Part shown: in pieces, positions 47,596-59,732 of the stretch
Layout: the number at the start of each line of letters is the position of its first letter
How positions within the stretch are numbered: position 1 is the stretch's first letter
From: Candidatus Beckwithbacteria bacterium GW2011_GWC1_49_16
Lineage (GTDB): Bacteria; Patescibacteriota; Microgenomatia; UBA1400; CG1-02-47-37
NCBI GenBank assembly: GCA_001029675.1
Contig: CP011210.1
Coordinates: forward strand, 384,427-448,426
Direction of reading: 5' to 3'
DNA: 64,000 nucleotides
Notes under the pieces: generated by a model
The model's input: only the letters and a program-made list of their open reading frames with translations
Database searches by the model: none
What the model was told of the DNA's origin: nothing
Program-made: the position numbers and the translations under genes

Positions 47596-48819
47596 TTAGC
47601 TCGGGGAAACGAGGCTGCCGATGGCAGCCGCTAGCATAACCAGGACGGTGAGCCAACCCAAGAATTTTTGTTTCTTGCCGATGACGTGGCGGTTCATGAT
47701 CACTTCCTTGCTGGCCAGTTTCAAAATTAGTGCCAAAATAAACGGAGTGATGACGCCGTTGACCACCTGACTGTAGAAAAGGATTTTGATCGGGTTGACT
47801 TTCATCAGGGCGATCGCCAGGCCGACAAAAAAGCTCAAAGTGAGAACGGCGTAAAAACCCTTGGCTTGATTGACTTTTCTGTTTAAACCCGAACGCCAAT
47901 TGAATGTTTCGGCAACGGTATAAGCCGTGGTGGAAGTTAAAACCGGAATGGCTAAAATACCTGAGCCGATGAGACCGATGGCAAAAAGAAGAGCGGCTAG
48001 GTTGCCGGCCAAAGGTTGAAGGACTAAGGCGGCGTCTGCGGCCGACTGAACTTTAACGCCGTATTTAAACAGGGTCAGGGCGCTGGTAATGATGATAAAA
48101 GTTGAGGTCAAGTTGGAAAAAATTAACCCCCAGGAAACTTGACCGATTTCGGTTTTGACGTCGCGGACCGAAGGGTGATCCTCAACTTCTTCGGTTACCT
48201 GCCAGTAAAAAAGAAACGGAGTGATGGTGGTACCGAGCATGGCGACGGCCACCAACCAGAAGTTGGGGGTGAACTCAATTTGGGGCAGAAAGACGTTTTT
48301 GGCCAGCTCAAGCCAGTCGGGGCGAACGAGGACGGCCGTGGCGATGTAAGAGAGAAAGATTATTCCCATCCCGGCCAAGACCCGAGCCAGGACGGGATAA
48401 GTCTTAAAGACGATGATGTACCATAATAGTCCGGCCAAAAGCGGCAAAAAAACCCAGATGTTAATTCCAGGGAAAATTAGGTGCAAGGCGGCGGCGACGC
48501 CGGCAAAATCGGCGCCTAAGGTAAAAATGTTGGCGACGGCAACCAGGACAGTGACGCTTACGGCCAGCGGCAGGCCATAGTAGAGCCTAATGACCGAAGC
48601 CAAACCCTTTTTGGTGACGTCGCCGATACGGGCACAGATAGCTTGAGAGTTAATCAAAAGCGGGGTGGAGAGAATGTGGAATAAAACCAAGGAAAAGCCG
48701 GTTTGGGCGCCGGTGATGGTATAGGTAGAAACGCCGGCCGGGTCGTTGTCGGCGTTGCCGATAATAAAACCGTTTAAGAGGCGTTTTAGTTTACCGGGTT
48801 TTTTCTTGGTAGCGGGCAT
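47596..48819 (-). CDS. NRAMP-family divalent metal transporter
   Basis: DNDPAG, GTTITP, multiple TMs. Confidence 0.9.
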   Translation of the reverse strand: MPATKKKPGKLKRLLNGFIIGNADNDPAGVSTYTITGAQTGFSLVLFHILSTPLLINSQAICARIGDVTKKGLASVIRLYYGLPLAVSVTVLVAVANIFTLGADFAGVAAALHLIFPGINIWVFLPLLAGLLWYIIVFKTYPVLARVLAGMGIIFLSYIATAVLVRPDWLELAKNVFLPQIEFTPNFWLVAVAMLGTTITPFLFYWQVTEEVEDHPSVRDVKTEIGQVSWGLIFSNLTSTFIIITSALTLFKYGVKVQSAADAALVLQPLAGNLAALLFAIGLIGSGILAIPVLTSTTAYTVAETFNWRSGLNRKVNQAKGFYAVLTLSFFVGLAIALMKVNPIKILFYSQVVNGVITPFILALILKLASKEVIMNRHVIGKKQKFLGWLTVLVMLAAAIGSLVSPS

Positions 48820-49438
48820 GCTTTTTCAATTTATGATAGACGTAGCCAGCGGCGGCGACAAGGCCAAAAATAACGATAACAAGATCAAATTTGTGGAAAT
48901 ACCCGCCCAAACTATCCCAGTTGTCACCTAAGGTTTTGCCTAAGTAGGCCAAGGGCAGCGACCAGACGAAGGTGCCGATAAAAGCAAACAGGGCAAATTT
49001 CTTGACGTCCATTCTGGAGATGCCGGCCGGCAGAGAAATAAAGGTGCGGATGACCGGGAGCAGCCGGGAGGTAAAGGTAACCAGCTGGCCGTGGCGGGCA
49101 AACCAGTGTTCGGCCTCGTCCAGTTCATACTCAAAGACTAAAACATACTTGCCGTATTTCTTGATCAGGTTTCTGACCACTTTTTCGCCGCCGTAGTAGC
49201 CTAAGGCGTAGGAGGCAAGCGACCCCAAAGTGCCGCCGATGGAGCCCGCCAGAGTCACCCCCAAAAGAGTAAACCGGCCCTGGGAGACTAAAAAGCCGGA
49301 AAAAGGCATGATGATTTCGCTAGGCAACGGAATGTTAGCCGACTCGATGGCCATGGCCAGAGCGACGCCGGTGTAACCCAAGGAGCTGATTAGATTGATA
49401 GCGATATTACCAAGGAATTCGATTAAAGCCTGGATCAT
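48791..49438 (-). CDS. DedA family membrane protein
   Basis: ESANIPLPSE, RLLPVIRTFISLPAG. Confidence 0.93.
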   Translation of the reverse strand: MIQALIEFLGNIAINLISSLGYTGVALAMAIESANIPLPSEIIMPFSGFLVSQGRFTLLGVTLAGSIGGTLGSLASYALGYYGGEKVVRNLIKKYGKYVLVFEYELDEAEHWFARHGQLVTFTSRLLPVIRTFISLPAGISRMDVKKFALFAFIGTFVWSLPLAYLGKTLGDNWDSLGGYFHKFDLVIVIFGLVAAAGYVYHKLKKHARYQEKTR

Positions 49439-49442
49439 GGGT

Positions 49443-50309
49443 TTAGATAAACTCTTTTAAAGCGGGGCCGATATTAATGGAGTCGATGGTTTGGGAAACC
49501 AGTGGGGTGTCTTTCAGGCTGATGACCTGCTGGTGGTAGGCCGGTTTAGTTTCCTCAAAAAAGATGCCCACCGGGAGCCTGTCGGTTTCCAGGGTTTTCT
49601 GAAGCGCTAGTTTCCGGTCGTTGGTTTGGTAACCTGCTTCTTGATCCAGGTAGTAGATGTGGTCGCGGTACCAAGCATAAGAGCGGTCTTTTTTGTAAGT
49701 GGGGCAAGGCTGGAGGATGTCAAGTAGTGAAAAGCCGCTGTGGGAAATGGCGGCGATCAAAAGTTTGGTCAAGTGGGGAATGTCGCCGGCAAAGCCGCGG
49801 GCGACGAAAGTGGCCTGGTTTAAGATGGCTACCCCCAGGGGGTTGAAAGCTTCGTCGATGGTGCCGTCGGGAGTCGAGGGGGTGACGGTGCCCTTGGGGG
49901 TAAGGGGAGATTTTTGGCCGGTGGTAAGGCTGTATAAATAGTTGTCGTGGGTCAAAACGGTAATATCGTGGTTGCCGCGTGACAAGCCGATAAAGTGGTC
50001 GACGCCTTCGCCAAAGCAGCCGCCGTCGCCGATTACCGAGATTACCGGTAAGTGGTGGTTGGCGAGCTTAATGCCGGCGGCGGAAGACAGGGCCCGGCCG
50101 TGTAAGCTGTGGAAGCCGTAGGCGTAGACAAAGTCGGCCATGTTGCCGGAACAACCGACGTCGTAGACAAAGACGGCCTGATCCGGGGTGACTGTAAGCT
50201 GGTCGAGGGCCGCCTTGATTGAGCCTAAAATGCCGAAGTTGCCGCAGCCGGGGCACCAGGTGGGCGGCAAAGCCGTGACTCGCTTGGGACTGTGTAGGTT
50301 TGTCGTCAT
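49443..50309 (-). CDS. 2-oxoacid:ferredoxin oxidoreductase beta subunit
   Basis: WCPGCG, GDG TPP motif, QPCPT; start MTTNL. Confidence 0.93.
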   Translation of the reverse strand: MTTNLHSPKRVTALPPTWCPGCGNFGILGSIKAALDQLTVTPDQAVFVYDVGCSGNMADFVYAYGFHSLHGRALSSAAGIKLANHHLPVISVIGDGGCFGEGVDHFIGLSRGNHDITVLTHDNYLYSLTTGQKSPLTPKGTVTPSTPDGTIDEAFNPLGVAILNQATFVARGFAGDIPHLTKLLIAAISHSGFSLLDILQPCPTYKKDRSYAWYRDHIYYLDQEAGYQTNDRKLALQKTLETDRLPVGIFFEETKPAYHQQVISLKDTPLVSQTIDSINIGPALKEFI

Positions 50310-52018
50310 AATTTTTCGACGATTTCTTCTGGGTAGAAGGGGCGGCCGTCGTATTTTAAAAGTTTTCTGTCTATGGTGATGCCGGTTTGCTCTCTGATCA
50401 AGCGGTTTAGCTGGCCGGTAGAGTTGCACTCGAGAGTGACTAATTTTTTGGCCGAAGCAAGTAACTTGGCCAGGGTTTTTTCGGGGAAAGGCCAGACTAG
50501 GGGCAAATGGATGAAGTTGACGTCAGGGAGCAAGTTTAGGGCTTGGCGAATTACTCCTTTGTTAGAACCCCAGGAGACGATGGTGGTGGCAGCGTTTTGG
50601 GGACCGAAAAGCACCGGCTGGGGCAAGCTTTCTTCTTGGCTCATGGAGGCAAATTTCCGGTTCCTTTTGTCGACTTGGGCGGTTCTGACTTTTGACTCCT
50701 CGGTGGCGTAGCCTAACTCGTCGTGTTCGTAGCTGTTGGTTAGATGCACGCCGCCGGGGGTACCGGGCAGCGGCCGGGGGGAGATGCCGTTATCGGTAAG
50801 CTGGTAGCGGGGAAAGGGCTGGTCGTTTGGCAAAGCTTTGCTGTCGGCCAGAGAGTGGCGCTGGTTTAGATGTTGGTCGGCAAAGCGGTCAACGGTAAAG
50901 TAGGACTCGGAAAGGTATTTGTCGGTTAAAACCAGGGCCGGGGTTTGGTATTTTTCGGAGAGATTTTGAGCCAAGCGCGCCGCCTCAAAGGCCTCGGCCG
51001 GATCGCCGGGGGTAAAAACCAAGCGGGGAAATTCATCCTGGGAGGCGTTGATGGCAAAAAGAAGATCACCTTGGCTGCTCCAAGTGGGCATGCCCGAGGC
51101 CGGGCCCGGCCGCATGCCTAAAACCACCACCAGCGGGGTTTCGGTGACGCCTGATAGCCCCAAGCCCTCTGTCATTAGAGAAAAGCCGCCGCCGGAGGTA
51201 GCCACCATGGAGCGCACCCCGGCAAAAGCGGCGCCGATAGCCGAGTTTACTACGCCGATTTCGTTTTCGCCGTGGCGGACGACCAGGCCAAACTGGTCGG
51301 CGTGTGCCGCCAGGTAGTGGAGGATGGCGGTGGTTGGGGTCATGGGGTAAGCGGTGTAGAACTTCAGGCCGCCGGCCACCGCCCCCAAGGCAATGGCTTC
51401 GTTGCCGGTAAGAAAGATTTTGTCGGCCGGGGGCTTGCCGGGGTAGGCAAAGTTTAATTTTTTGTCCGGGAAGTTGGTTTTGACATAATCGTAGCCGAGG
51501 CTGGCTGCTTGGTGGTTTAGTTTGACCACCTCCTCGCCTTTGCGGGCAAAAGTCTCGGTTAAAATCTGGTTTAAAGACTCAAGGGGTAGATTTAAAAGAT
51601 AACCACTGGCTCCTAAGGCGACGGTGTTTTTGACCAACAGTCCCCCGCCCGAGTCCCGGGCAATTTTAGCTAGGGGGATGTCGATGATCTGATTTTGCCG
51701 CTTAAAGCCGGTCAGGTCATTTTTGATCAGATTGAGGTCGGCGACGATGGCCGTTTGATCGGTAAATTCTTCCTGGTGGTTTAAGACGGCATTGGCGTTT
51801 AGGGCCACCATGACGTCGAGGGCCACTTTGGGGGCGTGGGCCTTTTCAATCGAGGCCGCGACCTGAAAAGTATTGTGGCCGCCGCGGATGAGCGAGGGAT
51901 ATTCGGTGTAACCGTGGATGTTGACGCCTTGGCGAAAGAGGGCCTTACTAAGGATCAGGCCGGAGACTTTGATGCCTTCGCCGGCGGCGCCGGCAATTTT
52001 CCAGTTTAATGCGGGCAT
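50306..52018 (-). CDS. 2-oxoacid:ferredoxin oxidoreductase alpha(-gamma) subunit
   Basis: GAAGEG, IRGGHN, YPMTP, TSGGG, YDGRPF. Confidence 0.95.
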   Translation of the reverse strand: MPALNWKIAGAAGEGIKVSGLILSKALFRQGVNIHGYTEYPSLIRGGHNTFQVAASIEKAHAPKVALDVMVALNANAVLNHQEEFTDQTAIVADLNLIKNDLTGFKRQNQIIDIPLAKIARDSGGGLLVKNTVALGASGYLLNLPLESLNQILTETFARKGEEVVKLNHQAASLGYDYVKTNFPDKKLNFAYPGKPPADKIFLTGNEAIALGAVAGGLKFYTAYPMTPTTAILHYLAAHADQFGLVVRHGENEIGVVNSAIGAAFAGVRSMVATSGGGFSLMTEGLGLSGVTETPLVVVLGMRPGPASGMPTWSSQGDLLFAINASQDEFPRLVFTPGDPAEAFEAARLAQNLSEKYQTPALVLTDKYLSESYFTVDRFADQHLNQRHSLADSKALPNDQPFPRYQLTDNGISPRPLPGTPGGVHLTNSYEHDELGYATEESKVRTAQVDKRNRKFASMSQEESLPQPVLFGPQNAATTIVSWGSNKGVIRQALNLLPDVNFIHLPLVWPFPEKTLAKLLASAKKLVTLECNSTGQLNRLIREQTGITIDRKLLKYDGRPFYPEEIVEKL

Positions 52019-52036
52019 GTTACAATCTTAAATTAT

Positions 52037-52720
52037 ATGGGCAGGCTTTACCTAGTGTCAACGCCGATTGGCAACCTGAAGGATATAAGTTTGCGTGCGA
52101 TTGAAGTTTTGGGGCAGGTAGACGTAATTTTATGCGAGGACACCAGAAAGACGGGTCAGATGCTTAAAAGCCTATCAGAAAACGGGACGATCGTCTCAAA
52201 CTCTGATAGGTTTAATTTGGTTAGTTTCTACGAACAAAACGAAGAGGCAAGAATTCCCCAGGTGATCGGTTGGCTTAAGGAGGGAAAAGATGTGGCTTTG
52301 GTGAGTAGTGCCGGCACGCCCTTGATTTCCGACCCCGGGTTTAAACTGGTGCGGCAGTGCGTCAGGGAAGGAATTCCCGTCTCCCCTATTCCCGGGGCGT
52401 CGGCTACTTTAGCGGCCTTAGTGGTTTCAGGACTACCGACCGACAAGTTTATGTTTTTGGGCTTTTTGCCCAAAAAGAGCGGTAAAAGAAAAAAACTTTT
52501 GGAAAGCGCTTTAAAAGCGGTTGAGTTGGTGCCGCAGACGGTGATTTTTTATGAGTCGCCTTTCCGGCTTAATAAATCTTTGGCGGTTTTGGCGGAGCTG
52601 GCTCCGGAGGCAAAGGTGGTTATCGCCCGGGAACTGACCAAGAAGTTTGAGGAGGTGATCCGCGGCAGCGCTAAAAAGTTGGCGGAAGAATTTGCCGGCA
52701 AAAAAGTCAAGGGCGAGGTG

Positions 52721-52741
<21 letters not shown>
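52037..52741 (+). CDS. rsmI: 16S rRNA C1402 2'-O-methyltransferase
   Basis: TPIGNL.DI, EDTR, AGTPLISDPG, YESP.R, RELTK..EE. Confidence 0.95.
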
Positions 52742-54415
<1,674 letters not shown>

Positions 54416-54424
54416 AAGGTTTTA

Positions 54425-56056
54425 TTATAACAAACTTTTGCCGGTCATGGCCGACGGCACCGGCAGGTTGAGAATTTTTAAGATGGTGGGGGCGACGTCG
54501 GCCAGGATGCCGGGAGGCATGGATCGGTTTTGGCCCTCAAAAACCCGGCTGGCGGCGATAAAAGGAACCGGGTTGACCGAATGCTCGGTGTCGACCTCGC
54601 CGGAGCTTAGGTTAATCATTTCTTCGGTGTTGCCGTGGTCGGCGGTAATCAAAGCGGTGCCGTTTAAGTTTAAGACGGTGGGGACGATTTGGGCTAAAGC
54701 TTGATCGGCAGCCTGGCAAGCTTTGACGGCGGCATCGATATTGCCGGTGTGGCCGACCATGTCGGGGCAGGCAAAGTTGACGATGACAAAGTGATAGATG
54801 TTTTGCTTGAGTTTATCTATCAAGGTTTGGGTAAGCTCGGGCGTCGACATTTCCGGTTTTAAGTCGTAGGTGGCAACTTTAGGTGAAGGGATAATCGTCC
54901 AGTCTTCTCCGGGAAATGGCTGTTCTCTTAAGCCGTTAAAGTAGTAAGTAACGAAACGCTCTTTTTCGGTTTCGGCCATGTGGAGTTGACGAAGATTGTG
55001 TTCGGAGAGTATCAGGGACAAGGGGTATTTGACCGAAAGCGGGGGGATAACTACTTTGACCGGCAGGCTCTTTTGGTACTCGGTCATGGTGACAAAAAAG
55101 AGATTATGGAGAATTTTGTTGCGTTTGAATGGGGGGTTGACGGGAATTTTTTCTACCAAGTGGCTATGGAGATATTTGTCCGAATGGGGGTCGTAGGCAG
55201 GCCGGTTGCCGCTGGTCTCAAAATCGGGCAGGACAAAGGCGCGGGTTAACTGGCGGGGCCGGTCGACTCTGAAGTTGTAGAAGATGACGGCGTCGTTGTC
55301 GCCGATCAAGCTGACGGGGGTGCCGTTGGCGTCGACGATGTTAGTCGGCTCGATGAACTCGTCGGTTTTACCGTCAGCGTAAGATTGGCGGATGGCGGTT
55401 TGGGGGCTTTCGGCTTTTAAGCCTTGGTTTTGGGTTAAGCACTGGTAGGCTTTTTGGGTCCGGTCCCATCTGAAATCACGGTCCATACCAAAGTAACGGC
55501 CCATGACGGTGGCGATTTGGCCGATGCCGGCGTCGGCCAGATGTTTTTCGATTTGGGAGACATAAGTTTGCGAGGTGGTGGGTGGGGAATCCCGGCCGTC
55601 GGTGATTAAATGGAGAGAGAGGTTGGGGACGCCCTGCTGTTGGGCGAGTTTAATCAGGGCAAAAAGGTGTTCGTTGTTGGCGTGGACGCCGCCGGAGCCG
55701 ACTAAGCCTAAAAGGTGGAGGGTAGAGCGGTTTTTTTTGACGAAGTCAAGAGCCTCGAGCAAAGTGGGATTTTTGAAAAAGTTGCCGTCAGCGATGGCGG
55801 TGTTTATCCTGGGTAAGTCGGCAAAAACGATTTGGCCGGCGCCGATGTTGATGTGGCCGACTTCGGTGTTGCCGTCTTCGCCGTGGGGCAAGCCGACGGC
55901 CTCGCCCGAAGCCACGAGCCGGGTGTTGGGATAAGCGGCGGTCAATTGGTCGATGAAAGGGGTGTGGGCCAGTTTAATGGCGTTGCCCGGGCCGGAAGGG
56001 GCGATACCCCAACCGTCCAAAATAATCAAAACTACCGGGCTTATTTGTTGGTTCAT
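54425..56056 (-). CDS. gpmI: 2,3-BPG-independent phosphoglycerate mutase
   Basis: LIILDGWG, GNTEVGH, TDGRD, DMVGHTG, TADHGN. Confidence 0.96.
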   Translation of the reverse strand: MNQQISPVVLIILDGWGIAPSGPGNAIKLAHTPFIDQLTAAYPNTRLVASGEAVGLPHGEDGNTEVGHINIGAGQIVFADLPRINTAIADGNFFKNPTLLEALDFVKKNRSTLHLLGLVGSGGVHANNEHLFALIKLAQQQGVPNLSLHLITDGRDSPPTTSQTYVSQIEKHLADAGIGQIATVMGRYFGMDRDFRWDRTQKAYQCLTQNQGLKAESPQTAIRQSYADGKTDEFIEPTNIVDANGTPVSLIGDNDAVIFYNFRVDRPRQLTRAFVLPDFETSGNRPAYDPHSDKYLHSHLVEKIPVNPPFKRNKILHNLFFVTMTEYQKSLPVKVVIPPLSVKYPLSLILSEHNLRQLHMAETEKERFVTYYFNGLREQPFPGEDWTIIPSPKVATYDLKPEMSTPELTQTLIDKLKQNIYHFVIVNFACPDMVGHTGNIDAAVKACQAADQALAQIVPTVLNLNGTALITADHGNTEEMINLSSGEVDTEHSVNPVPFIAASRVFEGQNRSMPPGILADVAPTILKILNLPVPSAMTGKSLL

Positions 56057-57315
56057 TTAATTAAATTAATTTCTGATTCTATGGCTAAAAGGCGGTTGTA
56101 TTTGGCGACTCTTTCGCCGCGGGCGGGGGCGCCAAACTTGGTGTAGTCGGCGCCGATGCCAACGGCAAAATCGGCGATAAAAGTGTCGTTGGTTTCGCCT
56201 GATCGGTGGGAAGCGATGATTTTCCAGCCGGCGGTCTTGGCCAATTTGATAACGCTGATAGTTTCGGAAACGGTGCCTGCCTGGTTGGGTTTGACTAGGA
56301 TGGCGTTGCAGGCATGAGTTTCAATCGCTTTTTTGACTCGGTGAGCGTTGGTGGAGAGTAAATCGTCGCCGACGATGAGGGTGTCTTCGGCCAGGTCGTT
56401 TGTCAGTTTGGCCCAGCCGTCCCAGTCGTCGGGCGCCAGCGCGTCTTCTAAAGAAAACAAGCGATATTGGCGGTTTAATTGGCTGTAGTAGTCGATCAGT
56501 TCGCCGCCGGAAAAAGGTTGAGCCCGGTCTTTGATTTGGTAGTGTCCGTTTTGATAAAAAAAGGTGGCGGCGACATCGAGGCCCAAAAAAACGTCTTGGG
56601 CAAACTTATAAGCGGTCGAGTCGATCGCCTCCATCATCACTTCTAAGGCGTCCATGTTAGTAAACAGGTTGGGAGCAAAGCCCCCTTCGTCGCCGACGGA
56701 GTGGATGGCGTCGCGGTTTTTAAGGGTGTGTTTTAAGGCTTGGTAGATTTCTTCACCGATTTGAAGAGCGGTGTGGTAAGGAAATCTAACCGAAGGGATA
56801 ATGTGGAATTCCTGGAAGTCGAGGTTGCCGGCGCCGTGGGCGCCGCCGTTTATAATATTAAAAGTGGGGCTGGGAAGTTTGGCCAATTTTGGAGTCAAGC
56901 GGTATTTTTGGAAAATGTAGCGGTAGAGGGGGAGATTAAAAAAACTGGCGGCGGCTTTGAGGCCGGCCAATGACACCGACAAGATGGCGTTGCCGCCAAG
57001 TAGAGCTTTGTTGGCAGTGCCGTCAAGATCGATCAACCTTTGGTCTAGTTTGGTTTGGCTGGTAACGTCGAGGTTTTTTACTGCCGGAGCAATTTTTTGG
57101 TTGACGTTTGCTACGGCGGTTAATACCCCGTAGCCGTTAAAGCGACCCAAGTCATGGTCGCGAATTTCGACGGCTTCGTATTTGCCGCTGGCGGCGCTGG
57201 AAGGAACAGAGGCGGTGCCGTGGTGGCCGGTTGACAGGACGACGGTGGTTTCGACGGTGGGGTAGCCCCGAGAGTCAAGGATTTCGCGGGAAAAAACATT
57301 GGCAATTTTGCTCAT
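56053..57315 (-). CDS. eno: Enolase
   Basis: EILDSRG.PT, GDEGG, GDDL, SHRSGET, KYNRL; start MSKIA. Confidence 0.95.
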   Translation of the reverse strand: MSKIANVFSREILDSRGYPTVETTVVLSTGHHGTASVPSSAASGKYEAVEIRDHDLGRFNGYGVLTAVANVNQKIAPAVKNLDVTSQTKLDQRLIDLDGTANKALLGGNAILSVSLAGLKAAASFFNLPLYRYIFQKYRLTPKLAKLPSPTFNIINGGAHGAGNLDFQEFHIIPSVRFPYHTALQIGEEIYQALKHTLKNRDAIHSVGDEGGFAPNLFTNMDALEVMMEAIDSTAYKFAQDVFLGLDVAATFFYQNGHYQIKDRAQPFSGGELIDYYSQLNRQYRLFSLEDALAPDDWDGWAKLTNDLAEDTLIVGDDLLSTNAHRVKKAIETHACNAILVKPNQAGTVSETISVIKLAKTAGWKIIASHRSGETNDTFIADFAVGIGADYTKFGAPARGERVAKYNRLLAIESEINLIK

Positions 57316-59636
57316 CTGACGGCCCTTGACTCGGCTTGATAAATTATTTGGCGAGTGGTTTCGATGGCGTCCGGGGATACCGAGACGCTGGTGACGCCCC
57401 ACGAGACCAGCTTTTCGGTTAGATCAGGATAAGTCGACGGCGCTTGGCCGCAGACGGACGAGGTCAGGTGGTGTTTTTGACAAGTTACAATGGTTTTTTT
57501 CAGGGCCCACAAAACAGCCGGATTTGTTTCGTCGTAAAGCGAAGCGACTTCGGCGTTGTCGCGGTCGACGCCGAGCATGAGCATGGTCAAGTCGTTGGTG
57601 CCGATAGAAACACCGTCCAGCCCCACTTTGATAAAGTCCTCGAGTAAAATGACGTTTAGAGGAATTTCGACCATCATCCAGAGTTTAAACGAGGGCGAGC
57701 GGATTAAGTTTTGGGAGACGATTAAACGTTTGACTCGGGTCAGTTCGGCAACGCTCCTGACAAAGGGAATCATCAGCCAAAGGTTGGTTAAGCCTAATTT
57801 ATTCCTGACTCTTTTTATGGCTTCGAGTTCCAAGTCAAAAACTGCCTCGTCCGCCAAATAGCGGAAGGCGCCGCGGTAGCCGAGCATGGGGTTTTCTTCC
57901 TCGGGTTCAAAAGCTTGGCCGCCGGTCAGGTGGGCGTATTCGTTGGTTTTAAAATCGGTAGCCCGGTAGACTACCGGCCGGGGGTAAAAAGCTTGGGTGA
58001 ATTTTTTTAAGCCTTCGACCAGATTAACAATGAACTGTTCTTGTTTTTGGTCTTGGATCAATTTTTTAGGATGGACGCCTCCTTGGGCGATCATGAATTC
58101 GGCCCGGAGCAGGCCGACGCCGTCGACGTTTTTTTGAGCCACCGATTCGGCCAGATCCGGTTCGGCCAGGTTGACGTAGATTTTGGTAGCGGTCTGGGTG
58201 AGGTCGGCGGCAAAAAGTTTTTGATAGGCTTTCTTTCGGCCGGAGGCCGACTGGTTTTTGGCCATGACCGGGGCAGTTTTAGGCGGGGCGAGGGTTTTGG
58301 TTTTGGAGATTTTGCCGCCGGCGAAAATTTTACCGCTAGTGCCGTCGACGGTAACCACGGTGCCGGTTTTTAGAGTCTTGGTGGCGGTGGCGGTGCCGAC
58401 GACACAGGGAATTCCCAGTTCACGCGAGACGATGGCGGCGTGAGAGGTTTGACCGCCCTGGTTGGTGACGATGGCGGCGGCTTTTTTCATGGCCGGGACA
58501 AAATCGGGCGTGGTCATGTCGCTTACCAGAATTTCCCCCTGGGAGAGTCGGTCGATTTGTTTGGCATTCTTAAGTTTTTTGACGTAGCCGGTGGCCAGGC
58601 CGGGGCTGGCCGGGTCGCCGGTAAGGATGAGTTTGAGATCGCCGGGGGGAAGCTTTTTTTTGTTTTTATCCGGAGGCTTGAAGGTAGTGACGGCTCGGGA
58701 TTGGACAATGTAGATTTTGCCGCCCGATATGGCCCACTCGATGTCTTGAGGGAAAAAGTAGTGGCGTTGGATCTGGTGGCCAAGTTTGGCCAATTTAACG
58801 ATTTGGTCGTCGGTGAGTTTAGCCTGTTTTTGCAAGTTAACCTTGACTTTGACTTCCCGGTTTTGACCGCGGCTTAGAACCAGCTGACGCTTTTGGGGGT
58901 TTACCTGTTTTTGGAGGATTTTCCAGGTTTGTTTTTGAATCAGGTAGTGGTCGGGGGTATAGGCGCCCTGGACGATTTTTTCTCCCAAGCCCCAAATGGC
59001 TTCGATGACTACTTGGTTTTTGTCGTTGGTCACCGGATTGACGGTAAACATGATGCCGGAAACTTGTGCTTGAATCATGGTTTGCACCGGGACGGCGATG
59101 CCGACGCTAAAGTGGTCAAAGCCCTTTTGTTCGCGATAGAAGATGGCCCGGGGCTCAAAGAGTGAAGCCCAGCAAGCTCTGACCTTTTGCACCACGTTGG
59201 CTTCTCCGGAAACGTTTAAGAAGGTTTCCTGTTGGCCGGCAAAAGAGGCGTCGGGCAGGTCTTCGGCCGTGGCCGAGGAACGCACCGCCACCAGGGTGTG
59301 TTTGATTCCCCGACCCAGCTTCAAGTAGGCCTTGATGATGGTTAAGGCCAGGTCGTCGGGGATTTTGGCGGTGAGGATTAGCTGTTTGACTCTGACGGAA
59401 GCTGAATTGAGGCTTTTTGGGTTATCGACGTCGACGTCACTTAGAATCGCCTTGATTTTGTCTTTGAGGTTGTTTTGGTCGATGACCTCAAAGTAAGCCG
59501 GAGCGGTGACGATAAAGCCGGGAGGGACGGGCAGGCCGGCTTTGGCCATTTCACCCAAATTGGCGCCCTTGCCGCCGACTAAGGCGACGGATTCCTTGTC
59601 AACGTTTTTAAAGTCAATGACGAATTTTTCTGGCAT
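57312..59636 (-). CDS. ppsA: Phosphoenolpyruvate synthase
   Basis: GGKGANLGE, SFAGQQET, TSHAAIVSRE, GVGLLRAEF, SIGTNDL. Confidence 0.96.
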   Translation of the reverse strand: MPEKFVIDFKNVDKESVALVGGKGANLGEMAKAGLPVPPGFIVTAPAYFEVIDQNNLKDKIKAILSDVDVDNPKSLNSASVRVKQLILTAKIPDDLALTIIKAYLKLGRGIKHTLVAVRSSATAEDLPDASFAGQQETFLNVSGEANVVQKVRACWASLFEPRAIFYREQKGFDHFSVGIAVPVQTMIQAQVSGIMFTVNPVTNDKNQVVIEAIWGLGEKIVQGAYTPDHYLIQKQTWKILQKQVNPQKRQLVLSRGQNREVKVKVNLQKQAKLTDDQIVKLAKLGHQIQRHYFFPQDIEWAISGGKIYIVQSRAVTTFKPPDKNKKKLPPGDLKLILTGDPASPGLATGYVKKLKNAKQIDRLSQGEILVSDMTTPDFVPAMKKAAAIVTNQGGQTSHAAIVSRELGIPCVVGTATATKTLKTGTVVTVDGTSGKIFAGGKISKTKTLAPPKTAPVMAKNQSASGRKKAYQKLFAADLTQTATKIYVNLAEPDLAESVAQKNVDGVGLLRAEFMIAQGGVHPKKLIQDQKQEQFIVNLVEGLKKFTQAFYPRPVVYRATDFKTNEYAHLTGGQAFEPEEENPMLGYRGAFRYLADEAVFDLELEAIKRVRNKLGLTNLWLMIPFVRSVAELTRVKRLIVSQNLIRSPSFKLWMMVEIPLNVILLEDFIKVGLDGVSIGTNDLTMLMLGVDRDNAEVASLYDETNPAVLWALKKTIVTCQKHHLTSSVCGQAPSTYPDLTEKLVSWGVTSVSVSPDAIETTRQIIYQAESRAVR

Positions 59637-59681
59637 AGGCAGGTTAAGTTAAGGATAACAAATTAAGCCTAGTTTCGCCAC

Positions 59682-59706
59682 ACCTACAAGGTTTATCCTT
59701 GAAGGT
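59682..59706. repeat. REP-like palindrome (further copies 60188-60212, 60392-60416, 60418-60437)
   Basis: ACCTWCARGG-N5-CCYTGAAGGT-type imperfect palindromes flanking and inside the transposase gene. Confidence 0.85.
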
Positions 59707-59732
59707 TCTTAAAGGTTGGTATAATTGAGATA

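Noticed and set aside
58236-58250. Small palindrome TCGGCCGGAGGCCGA in the ppsA linker
   Set aside because: Possibly another coding insert, but it is short, single-copy here and in a naturally variable linker.
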